A DNA stretch of 64,000 nucleotides from Bacteroidota bacterium (lineage in GTDB: Bacteria; Bacteroidota; Bacteroidia; CAILMK01). Below, in pieces: positions 57,193 to 64,000 of this stretch. Under the pieces are notes generated by a model that worked only from the letters and a program-made list of their open reading frames with translations, had not been told where the DNA came from and made no database searches. The first letter of the stretch is position 1; each line of letters begins with the position of its first letter. The position numbers and the translations under genes were made by a program. The stretch lies in assembly GCA_026391915.1 (NCBI GenBank), contig JAPLCZ010000257.1, positions 5,691 to 69,690 on the forward strand. The letters are read 5' to 3'.

Positions 57193-60141
57193 TTAACTGA
57201 TTTCCCTATCCACCGTATCTAATCTTTTCATGTGTTCCACCTCAATAGTTGTGAAGTCATATTCTTCTACAACTTTCCCTCTTAGCACGTAACAGCCTGG
57301 GCCAATGAAGGGGTATTGCTTGGCAGAATCAGGGAAGTGAACAGTGTCAATCCAATCGCCTTCGGTATCTATAAAAGTACCGAAATGCATGCGTTCTCCT
57401 TTGGAGGTTTGGGTGTTTTTGGTAGTGACCAAATACCCTACAATAGTCACTTTTTTATTCAGGTGTTTCTTTAATTCGGATACTTTTAAGGTGGCAGGTA
57501 ACTTCTCTTTTAGCAAATCAAAAGGAGAACAAAGAGGGAATCCAAAGAGCTCTATCTGGTCAAATGCTTCATCAATTTTTGAATCGGAAAGGGTGGGGAG
57601 TTTCCAGGATTTTGTAGGAGTTTCAAACAATTGCTTGGTGGGCTTTTTAGTTTTGGTAGGCTGTAAAATGGAGTAGATTTCCCAAAGTAATTCCTTCCGG
57701 TTTTTATTGGTGAAATTGAAAGCTCCTGCGCGGATGAGTAAGCGTATTTGTTCTATAGAAATGGGAATTCTTCTTACAAAATCATTCAGGCTTTCAAAGT
57801 CTCCATTCTGTTTTCTTTCTTCCAGAATTGGAGAGAGAATTTCATGCTCTAACTCCCCAATCATCCCTAAACCTAAATAAATTGTGTTGCCTTTTATGGT
57901 GCATAAACCATCACTATTATTAATGCATGGAGGTTTGATTTCTGCCCCTTGCATTCGGGCTTCGTGTATATAAAGCTCTTTACGGTAGAAGCCACCACCA
58001 TTGTTAAGTGTTGCCACCAAATACTCTAAAGGATAGTAGGCTTTCAGGAAAAGCGCCTGATAACTTTCCACCGCATAAGAAGCAGAATGTCCTTTTGAAA
58101 AAGCAAAATTGGCGAAGCTTTCTATCTGAGTCCAGATGTCCAGAATTAACTTTTCATCATGACCTTTTTCTCTGCAATTGTTAAAAAACTTTTCCCTCAC
58201 CAATTCAAATTCGTTTCGCTTTTTGAATTTCCAGCTCATGCCTCTTCTTAAATAATCAGCCTCTGCCAAACTGAGCCTTGCGAAGAAGTGCGCTATCTTT
58301 ATCACATCCTCCTGATATACCATTACACCATAAGTTTCTTCCAACAAATCATACAATTCTGGCAGTTGCTTTCTTGCTTTTTCGCGCAGTTTTTCATCAC
58401 GAAAACGGATGATATATTCCCGCATCATTCCACTCTTAGCAACACCGGGGCGAATGATAGAAGAAGCAGCCACTAACCTCAAATAATCATCAGCTTTTAG
58501 TTTGGCAAGTAGCATACGCATGGCAGGAGACTCCACATAAAAACAGCCTATGGTATTACCCACCCGCAGCAGTGCTTTTACCTTTTCATCCTGCATAAAT
58601 TTTTTGGTATCATGGATGTCAATATCAACCTCCTTATTGTCTTTAACAATTGTTAGGGTATCCTTAATTTTACCCAATCCACGCTGACTCAAAATATCAA
58701 ATTTATAGAGCCCAATATCTTCTGCTTCTAACATGCTGAATTGTGTAGTTGGATAACCCTTTGGCGGCATGCTGGTTGCCGAATAATAATGAATAGGTTG
58801 TTCTGAAATGATAATACCGCTGGAGTGGATACTTAAGTGACTTGGAAACCCCTTTATCAATTGAGAATATCGTAAAACAAGCTTTCCCATATCATCAATA
58901 TCGGGGTAGCGGTGTGCCTGTTGGAGCTTATCAATTTCACTAGGAGGCAAGCCAAAAACTTTACCCAACTCACGGGTTACAGCATCATGCTGAAAGGTGT
59001 TGTAAGCACCCAATAATGCAGTGCGCTGAGAGCTGAATCTTTTAAAAATATAGTTGGTTATGTCATCCCTGTCTGTCCACGAAAAATCCATGTCAAAGTC
59101 AGGCGCATTGTTACGGTGTAGGTTGATAAATCTCTCAAAATATAAATCCAATTCTATGGGGTCAACATCCGTAATCCGCAGCAGATATGCAACTATGCTG
59201 TTAGCCCCACTTCCCCTCCCCACATAATAATAATTTTTGTGCTGGGCATAGTTGATAATATCCCAGTTAATTAAAAAATATGATGAGAAATTCAGTTGGG
59301 TAATTACCTCCAATTCCTTTTCCACCCGCTGCAAAACATCTGGACTTGGATTAGGGTAACGATAAAGCAAACCATTCATACATTCCTGCCTTAGCACGGC
59401 TGCATCATCTTCAATACTTTGGGTGTAATGCTTTAGATTTTTATTGGCAAGCTTCCCATATTCAAAATTTATTGAGCAATTATTTAATATGTTTTTTGTA
59501 TTGGAAATAATATTCGAGAACTCTGCAAAAGCCAAATCCATTTCAGATTTGGAAGGCATAATTTCCGTGCCTTTGGCTTGCTGTTCCAATGGCAGTTTGC
59601 TAAGGAGATTATTGGTATCAATTGCCCGCAATAATCGGTGTGCATTAAACTGAAGTTTGCTAGCAAAAGAAACCGATTGCAAAGCCACCAATTTGTCCTT
59701 TGGTAAATTTATTTTAGAGAATTGCAGGCTTTGTAAATCATTCATTCCTACTCCTACAAATTCATTTTCTCTGAGCTGCCAACCCTTATATGTACTCAGC
59801 GGATAGACTGTATAGGCGTGATTAAACTCACACGCTTTTGCATTAAATTTTTGTGAAGAATGCAGATGAGTAGAGAGGTGTTCATTGAGTTCTTTAAAGC
59901 CCTCATTATTCATGGCAATTCCCACATATTGCTGCTGTGCATCATTGCGAAAATCAATTCCAACAATGGGCTTTAATCCTCTCTCATTCGCCTGACGAAT
60001 AGTGTCTAAAACCGCAGAAGTATTATTGATATCAGTAAGTACAAATTCCGAAAATCCATTGCGCTGCACTTCATCCAACAACCCCTCAATGGAGAAAGTT
60101 CCGTAACAAAAACTATAGTAGGTGTGGCAGTTGAGGAGCAT
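57193..60141 (-). CDS. dnaE2: Error-prone DNA polymerase III alpha-subunit paralog (DnaE2/ImuC-type)
   Basis: N-terminal PHP domain (LNCHTYYSF...VLTDINN). Pol III alpha core (GRGSGANSIVAYLLRITDVDPIELDLYFERFIN...PDFDMDF). 982 aa, shorter than replicative DnaE. Confidence 0.8.
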   Translation of the reverse strand: MLLNCHTYYSFCYGTFSIEGLLDEVQRNGFSEFVLTDINNTSAVLDTIRQANERGLKPIVGIDFRNDAQQQYVGIAMNNEGFKELNEHLSTHLHSSQKFNAKACEFNHAYTVYPLSTYKGWQLRENEFVGVGMNDLQSLQFSKINLPKDKLVALQSVSFASKLQFNAHRLLRAIDTNNLLSKLPLEQQAKGTEIMPSKSEMDLAFAEFSNIISNTKNILNNCSINFEYGKLANKNLKHYTQSIEDDAAVLRQECMNGLLYRYPNPSPDVLQRVEKELEVITQLNFSSYFLINWDIINYAQHKNYYYVGRGSGANSIVAYLLRITDVDPIELDLYFERFINLHRNNAPDFDMDFSWTDRDDITNYIFKRFSSQRTALLGAYNTFQHDAVTRELGKVFGLPPSEIDKLQQAHRYPDIDDMGKLVLRYSQLIKGFPSHLSIHSSGIIISEQPIHYYSATSMPPKGYPTTQFSMLEAEDIGLYKFDILSQRGLGKIKDTLTIVKDNKEVDIDIHDTKKFMQDEKVKALLRVGNTIGCFYVESPAMRMLLAKLKADDYLRLVAASSIIRPGVAKSGMMREYIIRFRDEKLREKARKQLPELYDLLEETYGVMVYQEDVIKIAHFFARLSLAEADYLRRGMSWKFKKRNEFELVREKFFNNCREKGHDEKLILDIWTQIESFANFAFSKGHSASYAVESYQALFLKAYYPLEYLVATLNNGGGFYRKELYIHEARMQGAEIKPPCINNSDGLCTIKGNTIYLGLGMIGELEHEILSPILEERKQNGDFESLNDFVRRIPISIEQIRLLIRAGAFNFTNKNRKELLWEIYSILQPTKTKKPTKQLFETPTKSWKLPTLSDSKIDEAFDQIELFGFPLCSPFDLLKEKLPATLKVSELKKHLNKKVTIVGYLVTTKNTQTSKGERMHFGTFIDTEGDWIDTVHFPDSAKQYPFIGPGCYVLRGKVVEEYDFTTIEVEHMKRLDTVDREIS

Positions 60142-60297
60142 GGTTGCCTTGGATTAGGTTAGAAAATTTTTTCGCCACAGATTATTGAAACTATTTTTAT
60201 TTTTTAATTTGGAATCAATCAACTTCGGTTCACAGATTAAATGAAAGATAAAATTGATCTGTGGCAGTGATTATTTATAGCTGAGTTAATGGCGAAT

Positions 60298-61497
60298 TCA
60301 AATCTTCCCAGCCCCAATCTTTAGCCCATTAAAAGCATTGAAATCATGCTGCTTAAAACTTACACCGGCGGCTCTGTTTACGGCGTCTTTTCCGTAGCGG
60401 CTTCGGATTTTATCCATGGCTTCGCAGAGTTGTATTTGCGCTGTGTTTTCTTCAAACAAATTATACTGATGCCCCCCATGCACCAGATGGCTGAACTTAA
60501 TCCCAACCAGCCTAATCAGCATTCGTTTTTGGTAGAGTTTATTAAAGAGTTCGTTTACTTTTTCCATGAGCACATGGTCAAGAGAAGTGTAGGGAATCCG
60601 TGCCTGCATGGTAAAAGTATTGAAATCCGAATAGCGGATTTTTACCGTTACGCAAGCCGTGAGTTTGTGCTCAGACCGCAACTGAAAAGCAAGCTTCTCC
60701 GTCATCCCAATCAGCAAACCTTTTAGTGCTTTTACATCAATGGTGTCCTTATCAAAAGTGCGCTCTGTGGAGATAGATTTCCTCTCAGAATACGGCACCA
60801 CTGCCGAGTTATCAATGCCATTGGCTTTGCGCCAAATCATACCACCATTTTCACCCAGCACACCTTCCATCAGTTCGCAGGGCATTTCCTGCAAAGTCCT
60901 AATCCACATCACCCCCATGCTGCGCAGGAGGCTATAAGTTTTTTCACCTACCATGGGTATTTTGCGGATGGAAAGCGGTGCCAAAAATCCTTTCTCTGTA
61001 CCAAACGGAATCTCTTTTTGTCCGTTGGGTTTGGCTTCTCCCGTCCCAACTTTTGATACCGTTTTATTGGTGGATAGCGCAAAAGAAATTGGCAAATTAG
61101 TTTCCTTCATAATCTTCTGCCGCACTTCTGTAGCCAGTTTGTAGCAGCCAAAAAATTTGTCCATCCCCGTGAGGTCAATATAAAATTCGTCAATAGAGGT
61201 TTTCTCATACAAGGGTACTTCGCCACCAATAATTTCGGTGACCATATCAGAGTATTTTCCATATTGCCCCATATCACCTTTTACAATTATTGCCTCGGGG
61301 CAAAGCTGCCTCGCCATACGCATGGGCATGGCGGAGTGGATGCCAAAAGCCCGCGCCTCATAGCTGCAAGATGCCACCACACCGCGGTCACTAGTGCCAC
61401 CCACCAGCACAGGCTTACCTATAAGTTTGGGGTTAGCCAATCTTTCCACACTCACAAAAAAGGAATCTAAATCAATATGTACAATCTGGCGCTGCAT
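60298..61497 (-). CDS. dinB: Y-family DNA polymerase (DinB/ImuB-like) with intact catalytic motifs
   Basis: VHIDLDSFFVSVE and SIDEFYIDLTG (catalytic Asp/Glu present). SYEARAFGIHSAMP. 399 aa. Immediately upstream of dnaE2 on the same strand. Confidence 0.8.
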   Translation of the reverse strand: MQRQIVHIDLDSFFVSVERLANPKLIGKPVLVGGTSDRGVVASCSYEARAFGIHSAMPMRMARQLCPEAIIVKGDMGQYGKYSDMVTEIIGGEVPLYEKTSIDEFYIDLTGMDKFFGCYKLATEVRQKIMKETNLPISFALSTNKTVSKVGTGEAKPNGQKEIPFGTEKGFLAPLSIRKIPMVGEKTYSLLRSMGVMWIRTLQEMPCELMEGVLGENGGMIWRKANGIDNSAVVPYSERKSISTERTFDKDTIDVKALKGLLIGMTEKLAFQLRSEHKLTACVTVKIRYSDFNTFTMQARIPYTSLDHVLMEKVNELFNKLYQKRMLIRLVGIKFSHLVHGGHQYNLFEENTAQIQLCEAMDKIRSRYGKDAVNRAAGVSFKQHDFNAFNGLKIGAGKI

Positions 61498-61724
61498 AGC
61501 GGGTTTTAAAGAACCCGAAATCTACTAAGAATTTTTGGGATAATAAAAAACATGACGGTTATAATGCCATGGATGTAGACAATAGTCCGTTGTGTGAAAG
61601 TCAACATCCTTCCACCTTTGGACAATGGATATCTAAAAAGTATTTGGAGAAAGACTTAGAAAATTGAGACTTGAAAAGGGATTGTCTCAAGAAGGACTAG
61701 CCTCTTCGGCAGAAGCTGCTCTCC

Positions 61725-61847
61725 TGAATGTTCCGAAGGGCATTTGGGAGAGTAGATAGTTTAGGTTCACCAGAACCGTTTTTGTCGGGTTAAAAACCCT
61801 CTTTTATCTATCCTCCCGAATGCGCTACGCTAACATTCGGGAGAGCT
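61725..61847. promoter_or_regulatory. Two related 10-bp-stem hairpins CTCC(T/C)GAATG-N10-11-CATT(T/C)GGGAG, 87 bp apart, plus GGGTT-aaaa-AACCC hairpin
   Basis: Hairpin positions 61725-61756 and 61814-61844. The second abuts the mrr stop codon, so it is a terminator candidate. Both lie upstream of the dinB-dnaE2 operon. Confidence 0.4.
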
Positions 61848-61850
61848 AAG

Positions 61851-62780
61851 TTAGTCATTGCTTCCTAAAAAGTATATTGAATGTAGTGGAAGCATATTCT
61901 TGTCATCATCTGTCATTTTATTATAAAATTCCTGCCATAGGTCAATAAAATTATCGATGTCTAAAAGTTTGATATGCCTATGACTTTCTCTTGCGGAACG
62001 TTCTGCCTCAGAAGTGAATGTTCCTGATGTTACAAATAACCCTATGTCGCCATCTTTGTTTAGAAGACCTGTTAGGCTTCTGATGTCATCTACTGGAACA
62101 GATGCGTCTGGTCTATGTTTTACTTGAACTTTTAGTCTTGGAGCAGTTGCACCAAGTGGGTCGTTGTAAGCAACTATGTCCAAACCACCATCTTTACCTT
62201 TTGGCGAGATGAAAGGAGTGTGATATTTCATTGCCCTCAATAAAGCTGCAACTAAATCTTGAAACTCATAAGCATTTTTACTTCTTATAAAATCTTTTAT
62301 TCCAGAAATGGCTTGTTCCTCAAGTAAATCAAGGTTCGCTTTTTGGGTTTGTGTTTTATTCTCTTCGAGTTCAGTCGGTTCGTCTTCTGTGCTTTTCCCT
62401 TTTTTAAGTTTTGTGTCTTTGTTGTCGGCTGCCCAAGTTCGATAAAGTTGAGAAGCAGTCTCAAGCAGTTTGGTAGGTCCAAGATTTATAGCCTTTTCGC
62501 CTTCTTCTGTTAAATACCATACGCCTTTATTTTTTCTTAAAAATCCCGCTTTAATTCCATCTATTGTATAGAAATGTAATAATGATTCCCACCTTACATA
62601 GCCAGTCTTTTCATATACTAGCTTTTCCCATTCAGTAAGTTCAATTGTCTCACGAATTTTATCAATTACTTGCTTTCCAGGAAGCTGTCCACCAGCATCC
62701 TTCAATATCTTAAAAGCCGCAAACATAGTCTTGGCAGCAGACTGTTTTGAGGGAGCTAATTTTTCTAGTTCTTTATCCAT
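61851..62780 (-). CDS. mrr: Mrr-family restriction endonuclease (N-terminal winged-helix plus Mrr_cat domain)
   Basis: FQDLVAALLRAMKY...GGLDIVAY...LKVQVKHR...GLFVTSGTFTSEA matches the Mrr catalytic-core pattern. 309 aa. Confidence 0.75.
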   Translation of the reverse strand: MDKELEKLAPSKQSAAKTMFAAFKILKDAGGQLPGKQVIDKIRETIELTEWEKLVYEKTGYVRWESLLHFYTIDGIKAGFLRKNKGVWYLTEEGEKAINLGPTKLLETASQLYRTWAADNKDTKLKKGKSTEDEPTELEENKTQTQKANLDLLEEQAISGIKDFIRSKNAYEFQDLVAALLRAMKYHTPFISPKGKDGGLDIVAYNDPLGATAPRLKVQVKHRPDASVPVDDIRSLTGLLNKDGDIGLFVTSGTFTSEAERSARESHRHIKLLDIDNFIDLWQEFYNKMTDDDKNMLPLHSIYFLGSND

Positions 62781-62872
62781 TGTCTTTGTGTTGTCTTGTT
62801 GTTTTTAATGTGAGTGTTAACTCATTTAATTAGGAAGATTTGGGTTTTCAAAACTACCTTTTATTTTTTTAA

Positions 62873-63307
62873 TCACTTCCCCGTATGCCCATAGCCCCCC
62901 GAACCTCTTGCGCTGTCGGCAAGGGCTTCTGTGTTTTGCCATTCTACTTTTTCGTATTTGGAGATAATCATTTGGGCAATGCGCTGTCCGGGTTCTATGG
63001 TTGTGGCTTTGTCGGAGAGGTTCACTAGCAGTACTTTTAACTCTCCTCTGTAGTCAGAATCTATGGTGCCGGGGGTGTTGAGGACGGTTACTCCTGCCTT
63101 ATAGGCAAAGCCACTGCGGGGGCGCACCTGCGCCTCAAATCCATCTGGCAATTCAATAAAAATCCCCGTGGGTATTAGTTGCCGTTGCATGGGTAGTAAA
63201 TCAATATTTTCTATGATATTGGCTCTTAAATCCATCCCCGCAGAGCCTATGGTTTCGTAGGCAGGCAATGGGTAGGGGGAGTTGTTAATAATCTTTACTT
63301 TTATCAT
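62873..63307 (-). CDS. dut: dUTP diphosphatase
   Basis: [25 protein letters not shown] and GQRIAQMII: all five dUTPase motifs. Confidence 0.9.
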   Translation of the reverse strand: MIKVKIINNSPYPLPAYETIGSAGMDLRANIIENIDLLPMQRQLIPTGIFIELPDGFEAQVRPRSGFAYKAGVTVLNTPGTIDSDYRGELKVLLVNLSDKATTIEPGQRIAQMIISKYEKVEWQNTEALADSARGSGGYGHTGK

Positions 63308-64000
63308 GACTTATTCAATTTTTTAAGGAGTGGGCTAAGGGAGATTTTATCTATTTTCATAAAGATAAAAATGTAAACTATTATCAGTGCAGAGTTGATT
63401 GTGGCAACAGCAAAATTCCAATCTAAGGGTGCAAAGTGTAGCACATCCCTAAGCACCCATTTGCTTATAAAGTAGAGCACTACAGCAGATGAAATGCAGT
63501 AAGCAATCTTGCCATACTCATAAGGCACAGGGTAATATTTTTTGCCCATCAACATAGAAATAGCAGCCATGCTAAAGTAGCAAATCAGCGTGGCATAGGC
63601 AGAAGCCATATAGCCATAAAGCGGAATAAAAATTACGTTTATACCAACAGTTAGCAAAGCACCCCCAATGGAAATATAGGCGCCATAAATTGTTTTTTCC
63701 GTTTGCTTATACCATTGGCTTAGGTAATAGAAAATCCCAAGGAAAAGATTTGCCAATAAAAGTATGGGTACCACATCCACCGCACTACGGTATCTCTCTC
63801 CTAAAAGTTGGATGAGGAGGGGCATATAAAACATCACGCCCATAAAAATAATGGAGGTTATAAAAGTGAAGTATTTCAGCACACGGGCATAGATAAGTTT
63901 GGAGTCTTCTTGTTTCATCAAACCAAAGAAAAAGGGCTCTGCCGCATATTTAAAGCTCTGTATTGCCAGTGTCATAAAAATAGAAAGTTTATAGCAGGCG
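63304..64000 (-). CDS. Polysaccharide biosynthesis / Wzx-like flippase (MOP superfamily), C-terminal part. The gene continues beyond the window edge.
   Basis: Multi-TM C-terminal region. The reading frame stays open upstream of the listed Met through nt 64000. 4-nt overlap with dut. Confidence 0.55.
   Translation of the reverse strand, partial: ACYKLSIFMTLAIQSFKYAAEPFFFGLMKQEDSKLIYARVLKYFTFITSIIFMGVMFYMPLLIQLLGERYRSAVDVVPILLLANLFLGIFYYLSQWYKQTEKTIYGAYISIGGALLTVGINVIFIPLYGYMASAYATLICYFSMAAISMLMGKKYYPVPYEYGKIAYCISSAVVLYFISKWVLRDVLHFAPLDWNFAVATINSALIIVYIFIFMKIDKISLSPLLKKLNKS

Noticed and set aside
61498-61850. Expected imuA/lexA gene upstream of the dinB-dnaE2 operon
   Set aside because: No ORF of adequate length is present. 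Only a stop-bounded HTH-like fragment without an in-frame start codon, so it is not called as a gene.

Overview
This looks like a Bacteroidota chromosome segment. The inferences for that are several proteins ending in T9SS (Por) C-terminal sorting domains, a TAnnTTTG-type -7 promoter element, a fused MurF-Alr gene and the lack of Shine-Dalgarno sequences. The window mixes housekeeping genes (lnt, rsmI, murF-alr, recX, yraN, rlmH, map, fabD, dut, a dipeptide epimerase) with a clearly accessory, cell-surface and mobile-looking gene set.

The dominant feature is a roughly 20.1 kb single ORF at 25097-45193 (about 6,700 aa). It encodes about ten ~1.7 kb tandem modules of parallel beta-helix plus CARDB/Ig-like domain and ends in a T9SS sorting tail, so it is probably a giant secreted adhesin or carbohydrate-binding protein. 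Other T9SS cargo are present: a dual-HKD phospholipase-D-family enzyme, a lamin-tail-domain protein, an SBBP beta-propeller protein, and one cargo gene broken by an in-frame stop.

Candidate novel material, in my order of interest:
1. A tight four-gene operon at 8980-12746 encoding three unrecognisable proteins (one very Cys-rich) co-transcribed with the T9SS SBBP protein. A repeat-rich divergent promoter region sits upstream of it.
2. A ~42-bp-periodic array of hairpin-forming inverted repeats at 46923-47157, upstream of an uncharacterised 318-aa protein.
3. Tandem palindromic composite elements downstream of the giant gene (45312-45621).
4. A dinB/imuB-like plus dnaE2 error-prone polymerase cassette with paired hairpins and an apparent degraded HTH-gene remnant upstream, next to an Mrr-type restriction gene.
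5. An MntA/HepT toxin-antitoxin pair.
6. A cluster of three uncharacterised envelope proteins (52502-55404).

I see no rRNA, tRNA or CRISPR array. Every function below is inferred from motifs I recognise in the translations, since no searches could be run.
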